Counted from the first letter of the stretch, positions 1 through 8,997 are shown. The stretch is 64,000 bases of DNA from Bacillota bacterium (GCA_050261675.1 JBLNDO010000024.1:9276-73275); one strand, 5' to 3'. Translations and numbers: made by a program. The notes: a model not told the origin generated them from the sequence alone.

Positions 1-1
1 G

Positions 2-484
2 GGACCGCTCGGCACCTTCTTCCTGCGGGAAGACTCCGCGCGTCCCATCGTCATGATGGCGGGCGGCACCGGCTACGCGCCCATCCAGGCCATGCTGCGC
101 CACGTCTTCGAGAACCGCATGCAGCGCGACATCGTCTTCTATTGGGGCGTGCGCGCCGCCCGGGACCTCTACGCCGACGCGAAGCTCAAGGAATGGGAAA
201 AGTCGCAGCCGAATTTCCGCTATGTACCGGTGCTTTCCGAACCCATGGCGGAGGACCGCTGGAGCGGCCGCACCGGCCTGGTGCACGAGGCGGTGCTGCA
301 TGACTTTGCGGATCTGTCGGGCCACGACATCTATCTGTCGGGCCCGCCGCCCATGGTGCACGCGGCGCGCACCGCCTTCCCGATCCAAGGCGCCGCTCCC
401 CTGCACATGTATTCCGACAGCTTCGATTTCCCTTCCGAAGTGCGTGCCGCACTGGAAGCCGCGGCCAAGAACACCACGCGCTGA
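2..484 (+). CDS. FAD/NAD(P)-binding oxidoreductase, C-terminal part (Fre / ferredoxin-NADP reductase family); 5' end lies outside the window
   Basis: Frame 2 is open from base 2 (GPLGTFFLREDSARPIVMMAGGTGYAP...). It carries the GGTGxAP nucleotide-binding motif and the YLSGPPPMV segment typical of flavin reductase / CDP-6-deoxy-glucoseen reductase type proteins. Stop at 482-484. Confidence 0.8.
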   Translation, partial: GPLGTFFLREDSARPIVMMAGGTGYAPIQAMLRHVFENRMQRDIVFYWGVRAARDLYADAKLKEWEKSQPNFRYVPVLSEPMAEDRWSGRTGLVHEAVLHDFADLSGHDIYLSGPPPMVHAARTAFPIQGAAPLHMYSDSFDFPSEVRAALEAAAKNTTR

Positions 485-673
485 AGCGCGTCACACCGCT
501 GTCACAGGCGCGAGTGTGAACCGCATCACACCCGGGACATTTCAACTCTGATTTTTGTTCCCGACCTTTCGGAATTTTTTCGCCGCCGCCTGAAACACTG
601 CAACAAAAGATTCACGCTGCTTTCACATAGCGACGTTATGTTGGCCTCGTCACAAACGTAAAGTGCGACGGCC

Positions 674-1981
674 ATGCAAGACGCAGCGCAACTCCGCGAG
701 CTGGTGATCTCGGCTCCCGGCATCCCGCCCCATCTCCTGGTCTCCGAAGTGGCGGACCTGTTCATGGACGAGAGCCACGGCAATCTCCTGTCGCTGCCGG
801 TGCTGGATGGGGACAGGCCCGTGGGCGTCATCAGCCGCGCCCGCATGCAGCAGGTGCTGTTCCGTCAATACGGCCGCGAGCTGTTCGGCAAGAAGCCGGT
901 CACTGCGATCATGAACGACACGCCGGTGGTGATCGAATCCGACACCAAGCTGAGCGAGGCCAGCAAGACCGTCACCGAGCGGCTCAAGTTCCCGGTGACC
1001 GAGGACTTCGTGATCACCGAGGGCGGCAAGTACGTGGGCATGGGCGCCGTCATGCACCTCCTGAACGCCATGGAGGCGCAGCTCGCCAAGCAGACCGAGG
1101 ACCTGGCCGCCGCCTACAAGGAGCTCAAGGCCTCGCAGCTGCAGCTCATCCAGGCGGAGAAGATGGCCTCCCTCGGCCAGATGGTGGCGGGCGTGGCCCA
1201 CGAGATCAACACGCCCTTGGGCTACGTCAAGAACAATTTCGAGATGCTGGAAATGTACGTGGAGGGCGCCCGCACCCTGCTGGAAGCGAGCAACGGCATC
1301 GCCGACGTGCTGCTCTCCCCCACCTCCACTCAGGAGGAGCTCCAGGCGCGCCTCGACGTGCTGCAGGGGCTGCGCCGGGATTCGTCTCTCCCGGAAACCG
1401 ACGACCTGCAACGGCTCTTTACCGACACCCGCTTCGGCATCGACCAGATCAGCGAACTGGTGATGAACCTCAAGAACTTCAGCCGCCTGGACCGGGCCGC
1501 GGCGGACGATGTGGACATCAACGAGTGCCTGGACAGCGCCGTCATGCTGGCGCGCAACGTGCTCAAGAACCGCGTGCAGGTGGTGCGCCAATACGGCGCG
1601 CTGCCGCGCATCCGCTGCCTGCCCTCGCAGCTCAACCAGGTATTCCTGAACCTGCTCACCAACGCCGCCCAGGCCATCGAGGACCAAGGCCGCATCCTGC
1701 TCAAGACCGAATCCAAGGAAGGCTGGCTCAAGATCACGGTGCAGGACACGGGCAAGGGCATCCCGCCCGAGGTCCTGCCGCGCATCTTCGACCCCTTCTT
1801 CACAACCAAGCCCGTGGGCCAGGGCACCGGCCTCGGGCTCTCCATCAGCTACCAGATCGTGCAGCAGCACGGCGGCGACATCCGCGTGACCTCCCAGCCG
1901 GGCAAGGGCACGCGCTTCACCGTACGCCTTCCCGCCAAGCCCGGAACCCCCGCCCCCAACACGGATGAGGAAACCCTATGA
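674..1981 (+). CDS. Cytoplasmic sensor histidine kinase with an N-terminal CBS pair (CBS-HisKA-HATPase_c)
   Basis: No transmembrane segments at the N-terminus and a CBS-like region. H-box VAGVAHEINTPLGYV. N, G1 and G2 boxes (LNLLTNAAQAI, DTGKGI, GTGLGLS). Its stop overlaps the start of the next gene (ATGA at 1978-1981). Confidence 0.85.
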   Translation: MQDAAQLRELVISAPGIPPHLLVSEVADLFMDESHGNLLSLPVLDGDRPVGVISRARMQQVLFRQYGRELFGKKPVTAIMNDTPVVIESDTKLSEASKTVTERLKFPVTEDFVITEGGKYVGMGAVMHLLNAMEAQLAKQTEDLAAAYKELKASQLQLIQAEKMASLGQMVAGVAHEINTPLGYVKNNFEMLEMYVEGARTLLEASNGIADVLLSPTSTQEELQARLDVLQGLRRDSSLPETDDLQRLFTDTRFGIDQISELVMNLKNFSRLDRAAADDVDINECLDSAVMLARNVLKNRVQVVRQYGALPRIRCLPSQLNQVFLNLLTNAAQAIEDQGRILLKTESKEGWLKITVQDTGKGIPPEVLPRIFDPFFTTKPVGQGTGLGLSISYQIVQQHGGDIRVTSQPGKGTRFTVRLPAKPGTPAPNTDEETL

Positions 1982-2880
1982 GCGCCGACAAAGCGACCCT
2001 GCTCCTGGTGGACGATGAGGAGCGCGTGCTGCGCTCCCTGGAGATGCTGTTCAAAACCCGCTACCGCGTGCTCTCCACCACCGACGGCAACGAGGCCTTG
2101 GGCCTAGCCAAGCGTGAACGCGTGCACGTAATCGTGAGCGACCAGCGCATGCCTATCATGACGGGCGTGGAGGTCCTGCGGCGCATCCGCGACGTCTCGC
2201 CCAACACCATGCGTCTCCTGCTCACCGGCTACTCGGACCTGGAAGCCATCGTGGGCTCCGTGAACGAGGGCGAGATCTTCCGCTACCTCACCAAGCCCTG
2301 GAGCGCCAAGGAGATCACCACCACCGTCAACCAGGCGGCGGAGATCGCCCTGAGCTTGCAGGAAGAGGCCGGCGCCGGCGCCATCGGCCCCGCCCCGGGC
2401 GTGCTGGTCATCGACGAGGACCCGACCGTCGTGGAGATGGTGAAGGCCATCTGCGGCCCGCAGCGGGACGTGAAATGGAGCGTGGACCTGGACGAGGCCT
2501 TCGAGACCCTCGCCGACAGCGACATCGCGGTGGTGGTCTGCGACATCCGCCTGCGCGGCCGTGACATCTCGGCGGCGGTGAAAGCGCTCAAGGAAAACAA
2601 CCCGCAGGTGCTCACCATCGTGCAGACCCAGCTGCAGGACGTGGAGACGCTGCGCAGCCTCATCAACCACGGCCAGATCTACCGCTTCCTGCCCAAGCCC
2701 GCGCGCCGCGGCCTGCTGGAGATGAGCCTGCACGCCGCCGCCCGGCGCCACGGCTCCCTCAAAGCCGCGCCCAAGCTCGCCAACCGCTACCAGGTGGAGA
2801 AGACCGATTCCGCGCCGGTGGTGGCGCTGTCCAATCGCTTGCAGGGGTTCCTGGACAAGATGAGGCAGGGACGCCTCTGA
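1978..2880 (+). CDS. Response regulator with two tandem receiver domains and no output domain (REC-REC)
   Basis: First REC: LLVDDE ... VIVSDQRMP ... YLTKPW. Second REC-like domain: VLVIDED ... VVVCDIRL ... FLPKP. Translationally coupled to the upstream kinase. Confidence 0.8.
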   Translation: MSADKATLLLVDDEERVLRSLEMLFKTRYRVLSTTDGNEALGLAKRERVHVIVSDQRMPIMTGVEVLRRIRDVSPNTMRLLLTGYSDLEAIVGSVNEGEIFRYLTKPWSAKEITTTVNQAAEIALSLQEEAGAGAIGPAPGVLVIDEDPTVVEMVKAICGPQRDVKWSVDLDEAFETLADSDIAVVVCDIRLRGRDISAAVKALKENNPQVLTIVQTQLQDVETLRSLINHGQIYRFLPKPARRGLLEMSLHAAARRHGSLKAAPKLANRYQVEKTDSAPVVALSNRLQGFLDKMRQGRL

Positions 2881-2918
2881 TACTTTCCGTCGTGCCGGAG
2901 GATGCCGGCATGGCGGAA

Positions 2919-3860
2919 TCAGGACTTCAATTCAGAATATTTCCGCAAACCACCCAAGTAGCGCGACAACCGCACCCGCGGTTCACGCGGCGCCTCGTCC
3001 GTGAGGCGCGTCACGGCGCCGTGGTCGCGCAGCGGCTGGGGCAGCGGCCGCGCCAGGTGATAGCCCTGGCAGAGGCGTATGCCCAGCGCCTGCACCGCCT
3101 GGTAATCCTCCTCGCTCTCGATGCCCTCGGCCACCGCGCGGCAGCCCAGGCGCGCCGCGATCTCGCCGATGGAGCGCACGAACTCGCGCTTCACCGGGTC
3201 AGTAGCGATGTTCTCGATGAAGTGGTGGTCGATCTTCACGTAGGCGGGCCTGAGTTCCGACCAGAGCCGCAGGCCCGCGTAACCCGCGCCCAGGTCGTCG
3301 ATGGCGATCTCGAAGCCCGCCTCGGTGTAGTGGGCCACGGCGGATTTCAGGATGGCGTAATCGTCCAGGGGCTGCTGCTCGGTGATCTCGATGACCACCC
3401 GCTCCGGCGCGAGCCAGACCTCGGACAGGAGCCTTAAGGTCTCGCCGGGCTTGAAGGTGGGTTCCATCAGGCTCGAGGGATTCACGTTCAGGAACAGGCG
3501 GCCCGGGAGGCACTGCTCCTGGAAACGGCGGATGGCGAGTTCCCGGCAGACGAGGTCCAGCTCGAAGAGGCGCTCCGCCTTGGTCGCGGCGCGGATCAGC
3601 GGCAGGGGCGCGTGGAGCGGGCTGTTGGAGGGGCCGCGGGTCAGGGCCTCGTAGCCGTAGACCCGGCTCGAGACCGGGTCGAACACCGGCTGGAACAGGG
3701 TCTGCAGGACGCGGTAACGCAGGATGTAGTCGAGTTCACCGTCCAATTCCGTGACCATGGGCCCACCCATGCCGCTTGCTTCGTGTTTGGAACTCCAAGG
3801 TAAACTCTCATCGTGAAGATGCCGTGACAGAGGCGAGACAGCGCGAGCGACGAGTCGCAT
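2919..3860 (-). CDS. EAL-domain c-di-GMP phosphodiesterase (stand-alone EAL)
   Basis: LFQPVFDPVSSRVYGYEALTRGP (EAL motif), followed by EITE, DDLGAGYAGL, VKIDHHF and AEGIESEE blocks. The true start may be the internal ATG at 3770 or 3758. Confidence 0.85.
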   Translation of the reverse strand: MRLVARAVSPLSRHLHDESLPWSSKHEASGMGGPMVTELDGELDYILRYRVLQTLFQPVFDPVSSRVYGYEALTRGPSNSPLHAPLPLIRAATKAERLFELDLVCRELAIRRFQEQCLPGRLFLNVNPSSLMEPTFKPGETLRLLSEVWLAPERVVIEITEQQPLDDYAILKSAVAHYTEAGFEIAIDDLGAGYAGLRLWSELRPAYVKIDHHFIENIATDPVKREFVRSIGEIAARLGCRAVAEGIESEEDYQAVQALGIRLCQGYHLARPLPQPLRDHGAVTRLTDEAPREPRVRLSRYLGGLRKYSELKS

Positions 3861-3885
3861 CGGGCGGGAGTGGACGGTAATCCGG

Positions 3886-4902
3886 ATGCAAACACGGCCC
3901 AGGATCCTGTATCTCCTGCGGGAGTTCCCGCAGATCTCCCAGACCTACATCAAGACCGAGCTGGAAGCCTTGGGCGACCGCTACGAGGTGCGGGTGCTGT
4001 CGCTGCAGAAGGCGGACATCGCCGAGTCCCGCCACCACCGCTTCCACCTCACGCCGACGCCGGACGCGGTGCTCGCCGAGATCCGCGAGTTCAAGCCGAA
4101 GCTCATCCACACCCATTACATGATCATGGGCAAGCTCACGGGCGAGATCGCCGAAAAGGCCGGCCTGCCCTTCACGCTGCGCAGCCATTCCTTCGACGTG
4201 CTGGAAACGGGCGGCGCCCACGCCCGGCCGGAATGGGTCTCCACCCGCGAGTACCTGCGGCGCGACAACTGCCTAGGCGTGCTGTGCTTCCCCTTCCTGC
4301 GCGCGCCGCTCGCCCAATTCGGCGTGCAGGAGGAGAAGCTCGTGGACGTGCCTCCGGTCATCGCCTACGAGTGCTTCCACGACGAGGGGCCGAACGGCCG
4401 GGCCATCATGAACATGGGTGCGGTCAGGCCCAAGAAGCAGATGCAGGATTTCGTGGAGCTGTCGCGGATGCTGCCGGAGCGGCAGTTCAACCTCTACGCC
4501 ATGGGCTACAACGTGGACCAGCTCAAGGCCTACAGCGAGGAGCGGAAAGGGCCCTTGAACTTCATCCCGCCCCTCTCCCACGACCTCATGTCGGCGGAAT
4601 ACAAGAAGCACGAGTGGCTGGTGTACACAGCCCACCCCAGCATGAAGAGCGTGGGCTGGCCCATGGCGGTGGCTGAAGCCCAGGCGGCCGGGGTGGGCGT
4701 GTGCCTAGCCAACATCCGCCCGGACCTGAAGGACTACGTGGGTGAGGCGGGTTATCTCTACGACGATCTGAACAAGGTGAAGGAACTCATCGCGGGGCCG
4801 GTGCCGAGGGAGATGCGGGAGGCGGGTTTCGCACAGGCGCGGAAGTCGGACATACGCGCGCACATACACAAGCTTACGGACATCTGGGACAAGGTGGTCT
4901 AG
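3886..4902 (+). CDS. Putative glycosyltransferase (GT1/GT4-like fold)
   Basis: N-terminus RILYLLREFPQISQTYI resembles WcaL-like glycosyltransferases. The C-terminal GWPMAVAEAQAAG resembles the GT-B E-x7-E region. Family assignment is tentative. Confidence 0.55.
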   Translation: MQTRPRILYLLREFPQISQTYIKTELEALGDRYEVRVLSLQKADIAESRHHRFHLTPTPDAVLAEIREFKPKLIHTHYMIMGKLTGEIAEKAGLPFTLRSHSFDVLETGGAHARPEWVSTREYLRRDNCLGVLCFPFLRAPLAQFGVQEEKLVDVPPVIAYECFHDEGPNGRAIMNMGAVRPKKQMQDFVELSRMLPERQFNLYAMGYNVDQLKAYSEERKGPLNFIPPLSHDLMSAEYKKHEWLVYTAHPSMKSVGWPMAVAEAQAAGVGVCLANIRPDLKDYVGEAGYLYDDLNKVKELIAGPVPREMREAGFAQARKSDIRAHIHKLTDIWDKVV

Positions 4903-5054
4903 CTCAAACTTTCGCCAGATTTATGTCCGCGGCGTTTATGTAAACGCCGATACATTGCCGCAAAAATTTCAAGAAACGAAAATACGTTTGCCACGAAACA
5001 CCGCCATGCTCCCCGTGCTTTCCCTTCCCCACGTCATGCACAGGGAGTTATGTC

Positions 5055-6620
5055 ATGCCAACCGCACGCTTCCTTCGACACTGCATCGTCGCCGCGCTCC
5101 TGGGCACGGCCGCGCTCGGCTGCGCCACCGCCGGCGCCGACAGCCACGCCTCCGACCCGGCCCGCGCCTTCGCCACCAACACGCCCATCAAGCACATCGT
5201 GGTGATCTTCCAGGAGAACGTCTCCTTCGATCACTACTTCGCCACCTATCCCGTGGCCGCCAACCCCGCGGGCGAACCGGCGTTCCAGGCGCGCGCCGGC
5301 ACGCCGAGCGTCAACGGCTTGGGCGACTTCCTGCTCAACCACAACCCCAACAGCGCCAATCCCGCGCGCCTCGACCGCAGCCAGCCTCTCACCTGCGACC
5401 AGGACCATAACTACGGAGCCGAGCAGAAGGCCTTCGACGGCGGGCTCATGGACAAGTTCGTGCAGTTCACGGACGTGGAGTCCTGCGGCGCGCCGGACAT
5501 CGCCCTGCCCGGCCTCGTGATGGATTACTACGACGGCAATACCGTCACCGCCCTTTGGAACTATGCCCAGCACTTCGCGCTGAGCGACAACTCCTACGGC
5601 ACCGTGTTCGGCCCCTCGACCCCCGGCGCCATCAACCTCATCGCCGGCCAGACCCACGGCGCCACGCTCACCGGCCCGGCGGGCTCGGTGGCGAACGGCA
5701 CCGACATCGGCGACCAGGACCCGAGTTTCGACGACTGCTCCAATCCCAACCGGCCGACGCTCAGCCTGAGCGGCCGGAACATCGGCGACCTCCTGAACGC
5801 CAAGGGCATCAGCTGGGGCTGGTTCCAGGGCGGCTTCCGCCCCACGGGCGTGAACTCAAGCGGCAAGGCCGTGTGCGGCGCGATCACGGCGAACGTGGGC
5901 GGGGCCAATATCCCCGACTACAGCCCGCATCACGAGCCCTTCCAGTACTACGCCTCCACTTCCAACCCGCACCACCTCGCGCCCAGCTCCGTTTCCGCCA
6001 TCGGCGGCAACGGCCAGGCGAACCACCAGTACGACCTGCAGGACTTCTGGGCGGCCGCCAAGGCCGGCAACCTGCCGGCGGTGAGCTTTCTCAAGGCCAA
6101 GGAGGCCCAGGACGGGCACGCGGGCTATTCGGATCCGTTGGACGAGCAGCAGTTCATCGTGAACACCATCAACCAGCTGGAGCAACTGCCCACCTGGTCC
6201 TCCACCGCCGTGGTCATCGCCTATGACGACTCCGACGGCTGGTACGACCACGTCATGGGCCCCATCGTGAACCAATCGGCGGACCCGGCGAACGACGCCC
6301 TGGACGGCGCCGGCCTCTGCGGCACCAACAGCACCGGCGTGTACCAGGACCGCTGCGGCTACGGCCCGCGGCTGCCGCTGCTGGTGATCTCTGGCTGGGC
6401 GAAGGACAACGCCGTGGACCACAGCGTCACCAATCAGTCCTCCATCCTGCGCTTCATCGAGGACAACTGGCAGACGGGCCGCATCGGCGACGACTCCTTC
6501 GATGCCAAGTCCAACGGCCTCGACAGCTTCTTCGACTTCTCCCGCCAAAACGGCGAGCACCGGCTGTTCCTGGACCCGAACACCGGCCTCGTGGTGGAAG
6601 AGGACTCAGGTGAGCAATAG
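5055..6620 (+). CDS. Phosphoesterase-family protein (AcpA-type acid phosphatase / non-haemolytic phospholipase C family), probable lipoprotein
   Basis: IKHIVVIFQENVSFDHYFATYP is the hallmark N-terminal block of the phosphoesterase family. Signal peptide with a possible lipobox, LLGTAALGC. Confidence 0.8.
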   Translation: MPTARFLRHCIVAALLGTAALGCATAGADSHASDPARAFATNTPIKHIVVIFQENVSFDHYFATYPVAANPAGEPAFQARAGTPSVNGLGDFLLNHNPNSANPARLDRSQPLTCDQDHNYGAEQKAFDGGLMDKFVQFTDVESCGAPDIALPGLVMDYYDGNTVTALWNYAQHFALSDNSYGTVFGPSTPGAINLIAGQTHGATLTGPAGSVANGTDIGDQDPSFDDCSNPNRPTLSLSGRNIGDLLNAKGISWGWFQGGFRPTGVNSSGKAVCGAITANVGGANIPDYSPHHEPFQYYASTSNPHHLAPSSVSAIGGNGQANHQYDLQDFWAAAKAGNLPAVSFLKAKEAQDGHAGYSDPLDEQQFIVNTINQLEQLPTWSSTAVVIAYDDSDGWYDHVMGPIVNQSADPANDALDGAGLCGTNSTGVYQDRCGYGPRLPLLVISGWAKDNAVDHSVTNQSSILRFIEDNWQTGRIGDDSFDAKSNGLDSFFDFSRQNGEHRLFLDPNTGLVVEEDSGEQ

Positions 6621-6665
6621 GACCGGCGCCTGAGTTTGTAGACCCCCGGTCTATTTCCCCGATTT

Positions 6666-6694
6666 GCCCGGGCCGCAAGGCCCGGGCTCTTTTT
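6666..6694 (+). terminator. Rho-independent terminator after the phosphoesterase gene
   Basis: gcccgggcc-gcaa-ggcccgggc perfect stem followed by ctcttttt. Confidence 0.7.
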
Positions 6695-6703
6695 CGTCAC
6701 GTC

Positions 6704-6790
6704 ATTCCAGCGAAAGCTGGAATCCGGATCTCGATGTGCCGGTTTCGACCGCACCCGATCCGGACTGGATACCCGGCTTCCGCCGGGTAT
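6704..6790. repeat. Pair of short GC-stem hairpin repeats (ATTCCAGC-GAAA-GCTGGAAT at 6704-6723; ATACCCGGC-TTCC-GCCGGGTAT at 6769-6790)
   Basis: Two perfect 8-9 bp stems with 4-nt loops in a non-coding spacer. Their translations (VIPAKAGI.., WIPGFR..) resemble the peptides produced by a widespread class of proteobacterial intergenic hairpin repeats. Confidence 0.5.
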
Positions 6791-6861
6791 GACGGATACG
6801 GATTTCGGAGTGATTTCGAACGGCGGCTCATTCTTCGGGTCGGGTTTCCGCGGGCGCCGGG

Positions 6862-7338
6862 CTATTTAAGAGTGACGAGAAGCTCGTCCAGTTGCCCGAA
6901 CGTCTCGTCGAACCCGGAGGTGGCCCCGGAGGCGATGGTGTCATCGAGGGCCCGCTTCGAGGGATGACGGTCCCGCAGGGTCACGAGCGTCTTGCCGGCC
7001 TTCTCCTCGAAGGTCACCGTGGTCACGGCCCCGCCCGCGCCGCCTTCGTCGTTGGTCCAGACGAGACGGGAGTTCGGCGCCACTTCCAGGTACTTGCCGA
7101 AGAACGCCATGGGCTCTTTCGTCTCAGGATGGGCGAATACGAAGCGGTAGCTACCCCCCGTGCGGGCATCTATCTCGCAGGAGAGGAAGGAGCTCCCGAT
7201 GGACTTCGGCATCCACCAGCGTTTGATGAGCTCGGGCGTGGTCCAGGCCTGGAACACGAGGCGCGCCGGACCATCGAAAGTGCGTGTGACCACAAGCTCT
7301 TGATCAGATTGCCGTTCGACCTTCGTGGGATTCTTCAT
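6862..7338 (-). CDS. SRPBCC-superfamily protein (AHSA1 / START-like)
   Basis: LVVTRTFDGPARLVFQAWTTPELIKRWWMP is typical of AHSA1-type SRPBCC proteins. The ORF extends to 7371, but the ATG at 7338 avoids overlap with the upstream ArsR gene. Confidence 0.8.
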   Translation of the reverse strand: MKNPTKVERQSDQELVVTRTFDGPARLVFQAWTTPELIKRWWMPKSIGSSFLSCEIDARTGGSYRFVFAHPETKEPMAFFGKYLEVAPNSRLVWTNDEGGAGGAVTTVTFEEKAGKTLVTLRDRHPSKRALDDTIASGATSGFDETFGQLDELLVTLK

Positions 7339-7348
7339 GAGGGGTGCC

Positions 7349-7732
7349 TCACTCTCTCTTCTTGCGTCCATCGGCCTTCTCCTTACGTTTTAATTCCTCG
7401 ACCACCTTGTCCAGTTCGCTGAAGCGCGCCTCCCAGAGCCGGCGGTATCTCTCGATCCATGCCGCCTCTTCCTCCAGCCGGCGCAGGCCGAGCCTGCAGG
7501 TCCGCACGCGCCCGACCTTTTCCGTGGTGACGAGCCCCGCCTGCTCCAGGACGCCGACGTGCTTCTTCATGCCCGTGAGGCTCATGTGGAACTTCCCGGC
7601 AAGCTCCGTGATCGAGGCGTCCCCGCGCCCGAGCTGCTCCAGTACGCCGCGGCGGGTGGCGTCCGAGAGCGCGGCGAACGAGGCATCAAAGCGGGCCGGG
7701 TTATACTGAACCATATGGTTCAGTATTAACAC
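7349..7732 (-). CDS. ArsR/SmtB-family transcriptional regulator
   Basis: LSDATRRGVLEQL...ASITELAGKFHMSLTGMKKHVGVLEQAGLV is a winged helix-turn-helix. The ArsR + SRPBCC gene pair is a common arrangement. Confidence 0.85.
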   Translation of the reverse strand: MLILNHMVQYNPARFDASFAALSDATRRGVLEQLGRGDASITELAGKFHMSLTGMKKHVGVLEQAGLVTTEKVGRVRTCRLGLRRLEEEAAWIERYRRLWEARFSELDKVVEELKRKEKADGRKKRE

Positions 7733-7780
7733 AGGAATGGGCAGGATGCAAGTGCCGCCTGATTACAGCCTGTTATGGAG

Positions 7781-8212
7781 TTATTCGTCCGGCTGGGTTG
7801 CCCCGGGCGCGGCGGAGACCGCCACGGCGGGCTTCGGCGCTGCGGAGGACGCGGCCTTCTTCGGCGCGCGCTTCGCGGTTTTCTTGTGGGCCTTGGCCTT
7901 CTTGGCTTTCTTCTTGTCCTTCTTCGCCTCTTTCTTTTTCTTCTTCTCCGCCTTCTTCCTGCCCTTCAGGGCCCTGCCCGTCTTCTTGGCCACCGCCTGC
8001 AGGTGGTCCAGCGCCTGCTGGAACACCGAGAGCGCCGCGGCGGTCTGGCCGATCAGGCGCTGCACCGGTTTCTCGCGGAGATCGATGTTCTTCTTGCAGT
8101 TCCTGCATTTCAGGGACTTGTGGTGCGAAGCCCACTTGAGGCGCGGGTGCTGGATCTTGCCGCAGTGGGGGCAGGTGATGTGGACCGGTGTCTGCTTCAG
8201 GAATTTGAGCAT
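7781..8212 (-). CDS. Zinc-ribbon protein with a histone-H1-like lysine/alanine-rich C-terminal tail (unknown function)
   Basis: CPHCGK-x17-CRNCKK is a four-Cys ribbon. The tail is KKAEKKKKKEAKKDKKKAKKAKAHKKTAKRAPKKAA. An AGGAGA Shine-Dalgarno lies 6 nt before the ATG at 8212; the ORF extends to 8281. Confidence 0.6.
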   Translation of the reverse strand: MLKFLKQTPVHITCPHCGKIQHPRLKWASHHKSLKCRNCKKNIDLREKPVQRLIGQTAAALSVFQQALDHLQAVAKKTGRALKGRKKAEKKKKKEAKKDKKKAKKAKAHKKTAKRAPKKAASSAAPKPAVAVSAAPGATQPDE

Positions 8213-8355
8213 GTTCTTCTCCTGGAGTTTTCGTTCTACGGCCGCTCGAACGGCGGCCTGGATATAAGGGGCCGGAATCATACCCCCAAGCGCTCCGGCG
8301 ATTGTTACAACGCGGGATATACTTGAGCGGGGTTGTCATAAATGGGGCTCAAGGC

Positions 8356-8997
8356 ATGCGGACAATCATGGTCATGAATGCCAAGGGCGGGTGTGGAAAG
8401 AGCACGCTCGCGACTTCCATCGCCGCCTACTACGCCTCCCACTGGGAAGGGACGGTGGCGATCGCCGACTACGATCCCCAGACCTCGAGTCTGGACTGGC
8501 TCGCCAAGCGCCCCGCAGACCGGGACCCCATCGTGGGCGTGGACGCCACGAAAGACGGCCTGAAGCACCTGCCCCGCAACACCGATTACCTCATCATCGA
8601 CCCGCCGGCCCGGGCCCACGGCTCGGAGCTCACCCAGCTCGTGCGCCACGCGGAAACCATCGTGGTGCCGGTGCTCCCCTCGCCCGTGGATATCGGCGCC
8701 GGCGCCAAGTTCATCCAGGAACTCCTGGAGGTGGGCAAGGTAGAGCGCCGCGAAGTGAAGCTCGCGGTGGTGGCGAACCGGGTGCGGGAAAAACTTCTGG
8801 TATTCGGCGAGCTGGAGAAATTCCTGGAGGGCCTCAAGATCCCCTTCATCGCCACCTTGCGTGACGCCCAGAACTACATCCGCGCATACTCCCGCGGCCT
8901 CGGCATCCATGAGCTGCCGCCGTATTTGGCGCAGGATGATTGGAAGCAGTGGAAACCTTTAGTCGAATGGCTTGAATCCCGCCGTAGCCGACCCTAA
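8356..8997 (+). CDS. Orphan ParA/MinD-family P-loop ATPase
   Basis: Deviant Walker A MNAKGGCGKST with the signature lysine, and Walker B YLIIDPP. No ParB-like gene is adjacent. Confidence 0.85.
   Translation: MRTIMVMNAKGGCGKSTLATSIAAYYASHWEGTVAIADYDPQTSSLDWLAKRPADRDPIVGVDATKDGLKHLPRNTDYLIIDPPARAHGSELTQLVRHAETIVVPVLPSPVDIGAGAKFIQELLEVGKVERREVKLAVVANRVREKLLVFGELEKFLEGLKIPFIATLRDAQNYIRAYSRGLGIHELPPYLAQDDWKQWKPLVEWLESRRSRP

Noticed and set aside
4919-4948. Direct TTTATGT repeats and the palindrome GGCGTTTA-TG-TAAACGCC upstream of the phosphoesterase gene, considered as a Pho box
   Set aside because: The repeat spacing (15 bp) and the sequence do not match the 11-bp-periodic CTGTCAT-type Pho box. 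It may simply be a terminator-like hairpin after the glycosyltransferase gene.
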